A DNA stretch of 64,000 nucleotides from an uncultured delta proteobacterium (GTDB lineage Bacteria; Desulfobacterota; Syntrophia; Syntrophales; UBA2185). Numbering within the stretch: the first letter of the stretch is position 1; the number at the start of each line of letters is the position of its first letter. Positions 9,270-19,464 of the stretch are shown here, piece by piece. The DNA lies in the NCBI GenBank assembly GCA_963729715.1, contig CAVSPA010000006.1, positions 224,001-288,000 on the forward strand, written 5' to 3'. The position numbers were made by a program, and so were the translations under genes. The notes beneath the pieces were generated by a model. That model did no database searches, was not told where the DNA came from, and saw only the letters and a program-made list of their open reading frames with translations.

Positions 9270-10799
9270 ATGATATATTATATCCTGCTTATCATTGTTG
9301 TCCTGGGCGGAGCTGGTCCGAGTTTCGCCTATAATACCAAACAGGCCATGGAAGATGCGGATGCGTATCTGAGAAACGGGCAGTACCTTGAGGCGGTCGG
9401 GGCCTATCAGGATATCTCAGACATCTCGCCTGATCCCAATATGAAGGCGAAGGCAACACTCAGGATAGGTGATATTTACAGTTACTTTCTTAACAATAAT
9501 GAGAGGGCGCTGGAAAAATATAGTGTCGTCATAAAAAAATACGAAAGCAGCGTGCATGCGGCCAACGCCCATTTCAACTCCGGGATGATCCTGTATGAAA
9601 GAAACAGGTACAAAGAGGCGCTCTATGAATTCAAGACATATCTGAAGAGATACCCCCACGGCGACAGGAGAGATACGGCAGAGTTCATGATAGAAACTTG
9701 TCAAAGACCACCCCCGGCCGTACAAGAAAAAAAGCCATCCTTTAAGAAGGCGAAAGAAGAGAATGTCAGGGTTCTCGTGGTGACCAGTCTTCATGCCATC
9801 CGCGTGGATTCGAACTCCATATTTGAAGTACGGGATGGCTTTGGAAAAGACATTTCTGGCAAGGTCCGCAGCGCCACCTTGAGTGTTTCAGGAGGCGATA
9901 TAAGGATCGACGGCAAAAACATCTCCCATGATAGACTCGTAATTGCGCCGTTGGAGGGCCAATGGTTGAATCTGAACGGCGTGCCATACAGGGGTGAACT
10001 GAGGATAGCGAAAAGCGCCAAGGGCGATATGGATGTGATTAATATTCTGGATGTGGAGGCCTATCTCTATGGTGTCGTCCCGAAGGAGATGTCCCCCCAA
10101 TGGCCGCTCGAGGCGCTCAAGGCCCAGGCGATTGCCGCAAGAACGTATGCCCTGTACCAGAAGGAAAAAAGCAAGGACAGAGAATACGATGTAATTGCTA
10201 CAACTGCATCCCAGGTTTATGGCGGAGCAGCTGCAGAGTCAGCCAGGTCCAATCAGGCGGTGGATGATACAAAGGGTACGGTGCTTCTCTATAACGGTCA
10301 ACTGGCCCTTACGTATTTTCATGCAAATAGCGGCGGCATGACGGAAGAGGCAAGGCGCGTGTGGAGCGCCGACGTTCCCTATCTGAAGGCGGTTCGTGAC
10401 GATTACAGCGCCAAAGCCCCCGGCTGTGCGTGGAAGCTCTCCCTGAATATCGATAAGATCAGGACAGCCCTCAACAGGAATGGCCTTGATATCGGTCGGA
10501 TCGAGAAAGTAATGCCTGTTGATATAAGCCCCTCCGGCCGCGTAACAAAGATCAAGATAATCCAAGGCGGCAGGGAAAGCGTACTGACCGGCAACGATTT
10601 CAGGTTGAAGACCGATCCCACCCAGGTCAAGAGCACCCTTTTTACGATGGCCAATGAAGGGGATGAGATACATCTTGAAGGGAAGGGAAGCGGGCACGGT
10701 GTAGGTATGAGCCAGTGGGGCGCTTACATCATGGCTCGCGAAGGATTTTCATACGGCGATATCCTGAAACACTACTATTACGGCATAGATCTCAGGTAG
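9270..10799 (+). CDS. TPR + SpoIID/LytB domain protein (peptidoglycan lytic transglycosylase family)
   Basis: Signal peptide, TPR repeats, YLYGVVPKEM, EALKAQAIAARTYA, GHGVGMSQWGA. Confidence 0.93.
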   Translation: MIYYILLIIVVLGGAGPSFAYNTKQAMEDADAYLRNGQYLEAVGAYQDISDISPDPNMKAKATLRIGDIYSYFLNNNERALEKYSVVIKKYESSVHAANAHFNSGMILYERNRYKEALYEFKTYLKRYPHGDRRDTAEFMIETCQRPPPAVQEKKPSFKKAKEENVRVLVVTSLHAIRVDSNSIFEVRDGFGKDISGKVRSATLSVSGGDIRIDGKNISHDRLVIAPLEGQWLNLNGVPYRGELRIAKSAKGDMDVINILDVEAYLYGVVPKEMSPQWPLEALKAQAIAARTYALYQKEKSKDREYDVIATTASQVYGGAAAESARSNQAVDDTKGTVLLYNGQLALTYFHANSGGMTEEARRVWSADVPYLKAVRDDYSAKAPGCAWKLSLNIDKIRTALNRNGLDIGRIEKVMPVDISPSGRVTKIKIIQGGRESVLTGNDFRLKTDPTQVKSTLFTMANEGDEIHLEGKGSGHGVGMSQWGAYIMAREGFSYGDILKHYYYGIDLR

Positions 10800-10839
10800 C
10801 CGGTTATTCCTGCCGAATCAGCATCCACATTTGTGAATA

Positions 10840-11523
10840 CTACTGGCTGATTTCTGCATATATTTTTTCTATGGCTTCTATGATATTGCCTGATTGAGTA
10901 ATTGGTCTCCCAATAGCGATGAAATCCGTTTCCATCCTGACTGCTTCCTTTAAGGAAGAGATTTTGACCTGATCGTGCCTGTCCCGATACCATGGGGGCC
11001 TTATTCCCGAGCAAATCTTCTTCAACGGGTTGTCCGGGATATAGTTGATGTCCTTGACGGAGCAAAAGATATATTCGTAATTGTTCATCAGGGCTATATT
11101 TGAGAATGCTTTCACAATATCGTCCGCCGTTCTTTCGTAAATCCATTTCACTTCCAAATCCGTGAAAGAAGTGAGTATCGTCACACCGGCGATGTACTTC
11201 AAGAGTCCCGCATTTTTGGGCCTGAAGTTCGACGAGCAATGGATGGTGACGATATCCGCCCCTGCGTCAACCAACTTACTGATGCAGTTCTCCATGGTGG
11301 AGGGAATGTCATGCAGCTTGACGTCGGCCATGACATTCAGTTTATATTCATTTATCAGATGTGAGACGATCTTCGCGACGTCATCGCTGTACAACATATC
11401 GCTGACCTTAATCCCCCATATTATGCCTTTCGCCATGGCTTCTGAAAGGCTGCTGAATACCCCTTTTTCCTCGGCATCATGGAAACTCATTCCATCTACC
11501 GCCACGATCAGTTTTGGAACCAT
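10840..11523 (-). CDS. pyrF: Orotidine-5'-phosphate decarboxylase (divergent)
   Basis: LIVAVD, DVKLHDIPST, GIRP, IGRPIT motifs. Confidence 0.85.
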   Translation of the reverse strand: MVPKLIVAVDGMSFHDAEEKGVFSSLSEAMAKGIIWGIKVSDMLYSDDVAKIVSHLINEYKLNVMADVKLHDIPSTMENCISKLVDAGADIVTIHCSSNFRPKNAGLLKYIAGVTILTSFTDLEVKWIYERTADDIVKAFSNIALMNNYEYIFCSVKDINYIPDNPLKKICSGIRPPWYRDRHDQVKISSLKEAVRMETDFIAIGRPITQSGNIIEAIEKIYAEISQ

Positions 11524-11593
11524 GCTTTCCTCCCAGTAGGGTCTAAATATATATACAGTATATATCGGTACCTTTGATTATTATCTTTAGTTC

Positions 11594-12604
11594 TTAGACC
11601 TTGTAATACTCCTTGTACCATTCAATGAAGCGCCTGATACCGTCTTCTGCAGATGTTGCCGGTTTGAAGGAGACGTCTTTCATGAGATCGTTGATATCTG
11701 CATATGTACTGGGCACATCCCCCGGCTGCATGGGAAGCAGATTCATTCTTGCCTTCTTGCCCAAAACTTTCTCAATTATATTTATGAACTCGAGGAGCTC
11801 CACGGGCCTGTTATTGCCGATGTTATAGATCTTGTATGGTGCAAAGCTGGTAGCGGGATCCGGTTTGTCGCCCCGCCATTTGGCGTCCGGCTCCGGAATC
11901 TTTTCCGTCACTCTAAAGACGCCTTCTGCGATGTCATCAATATAGGTAAAGTCTCTCTGCATTCTACCCGCGTTATAAACATCAATCGGCCTATCTTCCA
12001 GGATGGCTCTTGTAAAGAGAAACAGGGCCATGTCCGGTCTTCCCCAAGGGCCGTAAACGGTAAAGAACCGGAGCCCCGTGCAGGGAAGTTTGTAGAGACT
12101 CGCATACGCATGCGCCATCAGTTCATTGGCCTTTTTTGTGGCCGCATAAAGGCTTACGGGGTGATCCACATTGTGATGCACGGAAAACGGCATCTCCGTG
12201 TTAGCCCCATAAACCGAGCTTGACGAGGCAAAGACCAAATGTTCGCATGCCTGATGCCTGCACCCTTCCAGTATATTCAAAAAACCGGCAAGATTACTCT
12301 CCAGATAAGCATGGGGGTTTACCAGGGAGTATCTGACTCCCGCCTGCGCCGCCATATGGACAACAATTGCCGGCGCCTCTTTCTTGAAAAGAGATGACAC
12401 ATTCTCTGTCTCGGAAATATCCATTCTAATAAAATGGAAGGCATCGTTGTCATGAAGGAGCTTGAGACGCGCCTTCTTAAGATTAACATCATAGTAGTCA
12501 TTCAAATTGTCCACGCCGATTACGGAATGGCCGGCAATCAGGAATCGTCTCGATAGATGGAATCCGATAAAACCGGCGGCGCCGGTAACAAGAATTTTTT
12601 TCAT
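11594..12604 (-). CDS. NAD-dependent epimerase (UDP-glucuronate 4-epimerase-like)
   Basis: GAAGFIG, HMAAQAGVRYS, YAATKKANE, FFTVYGPWGRPDMA. Confidence 0.95.
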   Translation of the reverse strand: MKKILVTGAAGFIGFHLSRRFLIAGHSVIGVDNLNDYYDVNLKKARLKLLHDNDAFHFIRMDISETENVSSLFKKEAPAIVVHMAAQAGVRYSLVNPHAYLESNLAGFLNILEGCRHQACEHLVFASSSSVYGANTEMPFSVHHNVDHPVSLYAATKKANELMAHAYASLYKLPCTGLRFFTVYGPWGRPDMALFLFTRAILEDRPIDVYNAGRMQRDFTYIDDIAEGVFRVTEKIPEPDAKWRGDKPDPATSFAPYKIYNIGNNRPVELLEFINIIEKVLGKKARMNLLPMQPGDVPSTYADINDLMKDVSFKPATSAEDGIRRFIEWYKEYYKV

Positions 12605-12661
12605 TTTTATAGCCTTTGGATTTTCAATTTCTCCTGCACCTCTTTGATGATGATTCTTCTG

Positions 12662-13960
12662 TCATGATCTCTTTGCAAGGCTTCTAAGTGTCTTTTCACA
12701 GGCACGGATCGTCTTATCTATGTCTTCATCACCGTGGGCGCAAGAGAGGAAAGCAGCCTCAAACTGCGAAGGCGCAAAGTAGATCTTATTTGATAACATC
12801 GCTCTGAAATAACGGGCATAGAGCGATGTGTCGCTTCCTGCCGCTGACGCGAAATCGAAAATATCCTTACTGGCAAAAAATGATGTGAACATGGAACCGC
12901 ACCGGTTGATCCGGACGGGGATTTTCTTATGATCGAATAACCTCTGCAATTCCCCGCACAGGAGTCCCGTCCGGCGGTCCAGTTTTATGTAAGACTCAGC
13001 GTTCTTTCTTAGAATATTAAGTGTGGCCAGTCCCGCCGACATGGCGAGTGGATTGCCCGAAAGGGTGCCTGCCTGATAGACCGGACCTGATGGGGCCAGT
13101 TCTTCCATCACCGCCTTCCTGCCCCCGAAGGCCCCCACGGGAAGGCCGCCGCCGATGATCTTCCCCAGACACGTCAGATCCGGTTCTATACCGGCGATGT
13201 TCTGGAAGCCGCCATAGGTCAACCTGAAGCCTGTAATGACCTCATCAAAGATGAGGAGTATCTTATGCCTCCGGGTAATATTTCTGAGGGTCTCCAGAAA
13301 TCCTTTACGAGGCAATACAACGCCCATATTGCCCGCCACGGGTTCGACGATGACGCAGGCGAGATCGTCTTTATAGCGATCAACTGCGGAGACGGCGGCC
13401 TCGATATCATTGTAGGGGAGGGTGATAGTAAGTTTGGCAAGCCTTCTCGGAACACCGGGGCTCCCCGGGATGCCGAGGGTCGCCACGCCGGAGCCGGCCT
13501 TTACCAGTAGTGAGTCGGCATGGCCGTGATAACATCCCTCAAATTTGATCATTTTTTCCCGTCCCGTATACCCACGGGCAAGCCTGATGGCGGTCATGGC
13601 GGCTTCCGTTCCGGAACTTACCATCCTCACCATGTCAATAGACGGAAAGGCATCAACGATCAGTTTTGCCATTTCCGTTTCCAGTTCTGTAGGGGCGCCA
13701 TAGCTGGTCCCTTTTTCCGCCGCTTTTTGAATGGCGCGAACGACGTCAGGATGGCTGTGCCCCAGGATCATGGGCCCCCAGGAAGATACGTAATCTATAT
13801 ATTCCCTTCCTTCGACGTCATAGATCCTGGAACCGGAAGCCCTCCGTATAAAGATTGGTGTTGCATCAACAGATCTGAATGCCCTGACAGGGCTGTTCAC
13901 CCCCCCGGGTATGTATTTGCTGGCCTTTCTAAAGAGAGACTTGGAAGATTTATTAGTCAT
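12662..13960 (-). CDS. hemL: Glutamate-1-semialdehyde 2,1-aminomutase
   Basis: PGGVNSPVRAF, GCYHGHAD, FDEVITGFR, GKIIGGGLPVGAFGG, QAGTLSGNP; start moved to MTNKSS overlapping the ahbB stop. Confidence 0.97.
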   Translation of the reverse strand: MTNKSSKSLFRKASKYIPGGVNSPVRAFRSVDATPIFIRRASGSRIYDVEGREYIDYVSSWGPMILGHSHPDVVRAIQKAAEKGTSYGAPTELETEMAKLIVDAFPSIDMVRMVSSGTEAAMTAIRLARGYTGREKMIKFEGCYHGHADSLLVKAGSGVATLGIPGSPGVPRRLAKLTITLPYNDIEAAVSAVDRYKDDLACVIVEPVAGNMGVVLPRKGFLETLRNITRRHKILLIFDEVITGFRLTYGGFQNIAGIEPDLTCLGKIIGGGLPVGAFGGRKAVMEELAPSGPVYQAGTLSGNPLAMSAGLATLNILRKNAESYIKLDRRTGLLCGELQRLFDHKKIPVRINRCGSMFTSFFASKDIFDFASAAGSDTSLYARYFRAMLSNKIYFAPSQFEAAFLSCAHGDEDIDKTIRACEKTLRSLAKRS

Positions 13961-14423
13961 CTGTGAAATACTCCATACTGCTTTTCTTATACTCTTCCTC
14001 ACTGATGAGGACTTTAAAGTCTTTGATTCCCGTTTCCTGCGAGAACTTCTGAATTACACTTTCCTGATTCCCTCTTCCGAAATGAACCATCGTGAAGACG
14101 TTGTATTTTCCCGCAAAGGGTGGGGTCCTTTCGTAGCAGTGCGTTACCTCCTTGAAGGACGCCAGGGTCTGGCCGGTAGATTCGATTCTTTCCTTTGGCA
14201 CGGCCCAGATGACCATGGCGTTATGTGAAAAGCCCGCTTTCTGATGTCTCAGGATGGCTCCAAACTTCCGTATCACGCCCTTTGTCATGAGGCCGCGTAC
14301 GGTTGCAAGAACTTCTTCTTCGGTAATCTCTGACTTTTCTGCGATGTCTTTGAAGGGTCTCTTTTCGAGGTCGATGTCTCGCTGGATGAGCCGCGAAATT
14401 TTCTTTTCCGTTTCCGTTAACAT
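13953..14423 (-). CDS. ahbB: Siroheme decarboxylase beta subunit (AhbB/NirH, Lrp/AsnC-like)
   Basis: RKFGAILRHQKAGF, NAMVIW, VTHCYER, YNVFTMVH, EYKKSSMEYF; coupled to hemL. Confidence 0.9.
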   Translation of the reverse strand: MLTETEKKISRLIQRDIDLEKRPFKDIAEKSEITEEEVLATVRGLMTKGVIRKFGAILRHQKAGFSHNAMVIWAVPKERIESTGQTLASFKEVTHCYERTPPFAGKYNVFTMVHFGRGNQESVIQKFSQETGIKDFKVLISEEEYKKSSMEYFTDD

Positions 14424-14453
14424 GGCTTTCGTTTTGTACCAGTTGTCAGCACT

Positions 14454-14873
14454 TTATTCTAGAGGCAAGGAAGCCTTCGACCTGAGAGACTTTTTTTCCG
14501 CCTGCATATGTTTGAGCTTCAGCGTCTTTTCCTTGGCCCGCCTTGAGCGGCGGCGTTTCTGCCGTCTTATCTTTTCGGCTTGCTGTCTTTCCGCCTGTAC
14601 CGCGCCCTGCTTAATTCTCTCGATCCTGTCGAGAAGTAATCGTCTTGCCGTAAAGCGGTTCATCGCCTGGGATCGCGACTGCTGGCATTTAACGGACAGC
14701 CCGGATGGCATATGCACGAGCTGGACGCAGGAGGATACTTTGTTAACCTTCTGCCCGCCGGGGCCTGACGACCGGACAAATGTTTCCTTTAAATCGTCTT
14801 CGGAAACGCCGAGACGCTCCATGCGCTCGCTTAAGCCCTTTTCCTTTTCCGGGGAGACATTAAAAAGGCTCAT
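14454..14873 (-). CDS. Minimal class-I release-factor-like peptidyl-tRNA hydrolase (ArfB/C12orf65-like)
   Basis: RSSGPGGQKVNK, RSQAMNR and a highly basic C-terminal tail; no codon-recognition domains. Confidence 0.9.
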   Translation of the reverse strand: MSLFNVSPEKEKGLSERMERLGVSEDDLKETFVRSSGPGGQKVNKVSSCVQLVHMPSGLSVKCQQSRSQAMNRFTARRLLLDRIERIKQGAVQAERQQAEKIRRQKRRRSRRAKEKTLKLKHMQAEKKSLRSKASLPLE

Positions 14874-14881
14874 AGGCTATA

Positions 14882-15868
14882 TCATATGCATAATTCGACC
14901 ACATCACCGTCTTGGAGGACGTAGTCACGCTGCACCATCTGGCCATCACGGACCGATTTGCCCCAGGCCCTCGCGTATTTTAATTTATAAACGAAATCAT
15001 TGTGAACTTTGCCTGCCAATTCCGCCAGTGTGCTCCCTATGGGGACTACAAACGGGGATTTTTTATCCGCCTCCTTGCCGGGAGGTTTGGTGTACACCCG
15101 GATAATACCGGAGAAGTAATAAAGCTTATCTAGGAAGACCAGGATGTTCTTGCACGTGCGGGTCGAAATGCCGATGCAGGGTAATTTGATTCCCGAGAGT
15201 TCCAGGAAGATGTCGAGTGTCTCTTTATCTTCCGGCCTGTCCATCTTGTTCACGGCGACGAGCATCTTCTTTATCCTAGGCGGTTTTCTTAAATCCGCAG
15301 GAAGTGCGCATGCCTCAGAGTAAATGCGAAATGAGTGGAGGATATGGAGGGTTTCCTCCAACTGCTCCACCGGGTCCGCGGTGAGGTCGAGCAGAATGAC
15401 CACTATGTCGGCCCGGCGGATCAGATCGATCAGGCCAGGCTCTGTATAGTCTTTTGTGAGGGGCGGGGTATCTATAAGCTGGAACTGGATGTTTTCATAC
15501 TGGGCCATTCCCGGTGTCGGTTTTTGCGTAGTGTGGGGAAAGTCGGCTACTTCCGGGGAGGCATTCGTTATTAATTTAACAAGAGAGGACTTGCCTGTGT
15601 TCGGAGGTCCGATAATTACGGTCTGGGCCGGCCCTTCCTTCTCAATGTCATAGGCCGTTTTCTGTCTCGAAACACTTTTTTTCTTCAGGGCCTGGTCTTT
15701 TAATTTTGAGATACGTTCGCGCAGCATTGCCTTGAGCTTGTCCGTGCCCTTGTGTTTCGGCATAATGGCAAGCATCTCTTCCAATGCCTCGATCTTATCT
15801 TCCGGCGTCTTAGCTTGTCGGAATCTCTGTTCCGCTTCGAAATAATGCGGGGGCAGATTGGCTGGCAT
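14882..15868 (-). CDS. DRG/OBG-family GTPase with C-terminal TGS domain
   Basis: MPANLPP, PKHKGTDKL, GPPNTGKSS, NKMD, IRVYTKPPG, YARAWG, LQDGDVVE; AAGGAG SD before ATG 15868. Confidence 0.9.
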   Translation of the reverse strand: MPANLPPHYFEAEQRFRQAKTPEDKIEALEEMLAIMPKHKGTDKLKAMLRERISKLKDQALKKKSVSRQKTAYDIEKEGPAQTVIIGPPNTGKSSLVKLITNASPEVADFPHTTQKPTPGMAQYENIQFQLIDTPPLTKDYTEPGLIDLIRRADIVVILLDLTADPVEQLEETLHILHSFRIYSEACALPADLRKPPRIKKMLVAVNKMDRPEDKETLDIFLELSGIKLPCIGISTRTCKNILVFLDKLYYFSGIIRVYTKPPGKEADKKSPFVVPIGSTLAELAGKVHNDFVYKLKYARAWGKSVRDGQMVQRDYVLQDGDVVELCI

Positions 15869-16058
15869 GAACTTTATCTCCTTGGAATCCGCTGCAACTG
15901 TAAACAAGTATTTTCGTACTCAACTACGAAAGTCAAGTTGAATTTATTGAAAATCATGATATTCTAAACGTGTTCGATTTGATGTAGCATTATAGCTCAA
16001 ATGGCTGTTGATATGAAGAGGCATTATCGTGTTACCTTCTCTCAAGCGGAAATGATAT

Positions 16059-17066
16059 ATGTTCAGCGCCCATCTGATCAATGATCCCTTCGGCGACCCC
16101 GGGGTATATATAGAATTCAAGTATAGGCGTTCCGCCATTCTTTTTGATCTCGGTGATCTTCACAATCTGAGTCCGAGAAAACTGCTTAAGATCAATCATA
16201 TCTTCGTTTCTCACACGCATATGGATCACTTCATAGGATTCGATTATCTGCTCCGGGTATGTTTGGGCCGCGACTGCCATATCTCCATGTTCGGCCCTCC
16301 CGGCTTCCACCGTCAGATAGAAAACAAGATCAACGGCTATACTTGGAATCTTGTCGAAAACTACACCAATGATTTTGCCCTCCATGTTACGGAAGTGCAT
16401 CCGGAGCATAAGCTGCTGAGAACGTACCGCTGCCGGAAGGCCTTTGAACCGGAAATCGAGGATGCAGGTGAAAAATTCACCGGCACCCTCGTCGAGAACA
16501 GCTCTTTTGCCGTCAAAGGCGAATTCCTCGATCACAAAATTCCCTGTCTGGCGTACAGATTTGAAGAAAAGAACCGCGTCAACATAAAGAAAAATACCTT
16601 GCTCGAAATGGGGCTGCCTGTCGGGGCCTGGCTGATGGACTTGAAAGACAGGATTCTTCGCGGTGACCATGATGATACGCCTGTACGCGTGTGGTGGAAA
16701 GAAGGCAGACAGGAAGGGGGAGAAAAGTTTATTCCTTTGGGCGAATTGAAGGAGACAATCGTGAAAATGACGCCGGGCCAGAAGATCGCCTACATCACTG
16801 ACGCCGTCTATAACGAAGATAATGCCCGAAGGATTGTCGAATTGGCTTATGGCTCCGACTTGATGTTCATAGAAGCGACTTTCCTTGACGAAGATGCGGA
16901 TAAAGCAGCTGAGAAGCATCACTTGACAGCACGCCAGGCTGGTGTACTGGCGCGCAGAGCGGGGGCGAAAAGAATCGCGCTCTTCCATTTTTCGCCGAAA
17001 TACAAAGGGGCCGGGGATGTTCTCATCGAGGAAGCAATGGCGGCATTTAATGGTCGGGAGTCATAA
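16059..17066 (+). CDS. Ribonuclease Z-like metallo-beta-lactamase
   Basis: SHTHMDH, DHKIPC, IEATF, HLTA, HFSPKY. Confidence 0.88.
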   Translation: MFSAHLINDPFGDPGVYIEFKYRRSAILFDLGDLHNLSPRKLLKINHIFVSHTHMDHFIGFDYLLRVCLGRDCHISMFGPPGFHRQIENKINGYTWNLVENYTNDFALHVTEVHPEHKLLRTYRCRKAFEPEIEDAGEKFTGTLVENSSFAVKGEFLDHKIPCLAYRFEEKNRVNIKKNTLLEMGLPVGAWLMDLKDRILRGDHDDTPVRVWWKEGRQEGGEKFIPLGELKETIVKMTPGQKIAYITDAVYNEDNARRIVELAYGSDLMFIEATFLDEDADKAAEKHHLTARQAGVLARRAGAKRIALFHFSPKYKGAGDVLIEEAMAAFNGRES

Positions 17067-17163
17067 TGATTGTCTTTGGCAATTCTGAGGCCCGCTCTTA
17101 TGCGGTGACAGCAATTGAGCGTGGAAGAGAGTTTCCCTGCCGGTCCAGGAAAATGACCAAGTC

Positions 17164-17667
17164 TTAGATCTTTTTTATCTGGAAGCCCTCGAGCTTTATG
17201 GCTACCGAACGCTGGAGAAGCTCGATGGATATGACGAAGAGTTCTTTGCTATAGTCTGTGCTGACAACTACGCCTTCAATACCGGTGAAAGGCCCATCAG
17301 TGATCAGGGCCGGTTCTCCGATCTTTGGGTACTGGATCTGCTGCACTTCCACTTTTGACTGGATTATGCGCTGGATGGCTTCTATCTTGGCGTTGGGAAC
17401 CGGTATCGGCTCGGCCCCCTTCGGGTTTCCGAGTATCCGGACAACACCGAAGGTTTTGAGAACATTCAGCTTCGTTTCGCTATCCAGGGAGAATAGTTCC
17501 ACGAAGAGGTACCCCGGGAACATGGGGATTTCGATCTTCTTCCGCCTGTCCTTGCGCCGGCTCCACATCTCTATCTTAGGCAGAAAGGCGTGGATCGATT
17601 TCTGGACGAGGCCGATATATACGCGGTCTTCATGACGGCTGCGTGTGTGAACTGCGTACCAGGGCAT
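17164..17667 (-). CDS. NusG-paralogue transcription antiterminator (UpxY/RfaH/LoaP-like)
   Basis: WYAVHTRSRHE, PMFPGYLFV, KOW motif ITDGPFTGIEG. Confidence 0.92.
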   Translation of the reverse strand: MPWYAVHTRSRHEDRVYIGLVQKSIHAFLPKIEMWSRRKDRRKKIEIPMFPGYLFVELFSLDSETKLNVLKTFGVVRILGNPKGAEPIPVPNAKIEAIQRIIQSKVEVQQIQYPKIGEPALITDGPFTGIEGVVVSTDYSKELFVISIELLQRSVAIKLEGFQIKKI

Positions 17668-17760
17668 GACGGATTCCTTAATTAGTCTCTTTCTTCAGGG
17701 TATTCCGGTTGGGGGTTTTTTCATTTACACTAATCACAATGTTTTTTCAACGGTGAAATC

Positions 17761-19347
17761 GTGCGGAAACTGAGAATCACAGGTATCGTACTTTCCCTTG
17801 GCGAAGAGGAAGATGTATTGAGGGGAAAAGTTGGAACCATTCTCCGTATCCCGGATGCAGATGTTTCGTCTCTGACTGTGGTCAGGAAATCGATCGATGC
17901 AAGGAGAAGAAAGCCGCCTCGCTTCATTTATTCTGTGGAGTGTGCAGTTCCGGATGGCGTCGACTTGACCGGTAAAACAGGTGTAAAGATAGAAGTGCTT
18001 GGGGAGGACAAGAAATCGTTCCTTTCGCCGGTAAAGACAAGAACAGGCAAAAGACCCGTAATCGTCGGATGCGGCCCCGCCGGTATCTTCGCGGCCCTGG
18101 CCTTGGCGGAGAGGGGAATTCCCGTACTTCTCCTCGAAAGGGGGAAAAGCGTACCGGAGCGGATAGCGGATGTCCAGGCCTTCTGGGAGAAGGGGATCAT
18201 GAATACGGAGAGTCATGCCCATTTCGGGGAAGGAGGAGCAGGCACATTCTCCGACGGGAAGCTGACGAGCCGTCTTACGAACCCATTTGCGGCATGGATC
18301 AAGACAAGGCTTGTCGATGCAGGCGCTCCATCCGAAATTCTTACTGATGCGAAGCCCCACGTAGGGACTGACAGGCTGCGGGAAGTGGTGATTAATCTCA
18401 GAAAGAGACTCATAGAACTGGGTTGTGAAGTGCGCTTCGAGGCCAAGGTCACAGATTTTTTAATTCACCGCCGGAGTCTGGAAGGGGTTGTTGTCAGAGG
18501 CAACGAAGAGATAAGAACGGATCACCTGATTCTTGCCGCCGGTCAGAGTGCGGAAGACACGTACTTCAGGCTGCATGAACTCGGTGTGCATCTGGAGCCG
18601 AAGCCCTTTGCCATCGGCTTCCGGGTGGAGCATCCCCAGGAATTGATCGACGCGATCCAGTACCGCAAGTGGCGCGGGCATCCAGACCTGCCGCCTGCGG
18701 ACTATTTTCTCACGGCCAAGCTTCCTCAGATGAGCCGCTCCGTCTATACGTTTTGCATGTGCCCCGGGGGATCGGTTATCGGGTGCAGTTCGGAGGAGAG
18801 GACAATTGTCACCAATGGCATGAGCCGCTTCCGAAGGGGAAGTCCATATGCCAACAGCGCCGTCGTGGTTGCCGTCCGGTGTGAGGATTTTGAGGACACG
18901 GCACCCCATCCCCTCTGCGGCCTCACATTTCGGCGACAATGGGAGGAGAAGGCCTTTGTCCTGGGTGGAGAAAATTATCACGCGCCCGCGCAAGGCTTGG
19001 TGGATTTTATGACAGACTCAGAAGGGAAAACTGTCAACAGGACGAGCTTTGTTCCCGGAGTGAAGCATGCAATGTTGCGTGAGGTCCTGCCGCTTTTTGC
19101 AGTCGAGGCATTAAGACAGGGGATCAGGGAGTTTGACAGGAAGATGCGGGGATTCATCACACAGGAGGCAACGCTGATGGGCGTGGAGACCAGGACATCG
19201 TCACCGGTCCGGATATTGAGAGGCCCGGACTGCCAGAGTGTCAATGTAACCGGTCTCTATCCCTGCGGCGAAGGCGCCGGGTATGCAGGCGGCATCATCA
19301 GTTCCGCGCTGGATGGGATCAGGGCTGCAGATAAGATTGCTTCTTGA
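17761..19347 (+). CDS. Uncharacterised FAD-dependent oxidoreductase
   Basis: GCGPAGIF, FGEGGAGTFSDGKL, YTFCMCPGG, GVETRTSSPVR, GEGAGYAGGI. Confidence 0.9.
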   Translation: MRKLRITGIVLSLGEEEDVLRGKVGTILRIPDADVSSLTVVRKSIDARRRKPPRFIYSVECAVPDGVDLTGKTGVKIEVLGEDKKSFLSPVKTRTGKRPVIVGCGPAGIFAALALAERGIPVLLLERGKSVPERIADVQAFWEKGIMNTESHAHFGEGGAGTFSDGKLTSRLTNPFAAWIKTRLVDAGAPSEILTDAKPHVGTDRLREVVINLRKRLIELGCEVRFEAKVTDFLIHRRSLEGVVVRGNEEIRTDHLILAAGQSAEDTYFRLHELGVHLEPKPFAIGFRVEHPQELIDAIQYRKWRGHPDLPPADYFLTAKLPQMSRSVYTFCMCPGGSVIGCSSEERTIVTNGMSRFRRGSPYANSAVVVAVRCEDFEDTAPHPLCGLTFRRQWEEKAFVLGGENYHAPAQGLVDFMTDSEGKTVNRTSFVPGVKHAMLREVLPLFAVEALRQGIREFDRKMRGFITQEATLMGVETRTSSPVRILRGPDCQSVNVTGLYPCGEGAGYAGGIISSALDGIRAADKIAS

Positions 19348-19464
19348 AAAGAACGGATCATAATAGGATATTTGCATTCATAAACTCTCTGTGATAATTT
19401 CCTCTAAAGACTGCCCTGTATACATTTTTTTTCAGAGCAGATATTTGACCCGAGGAAGTTGATT

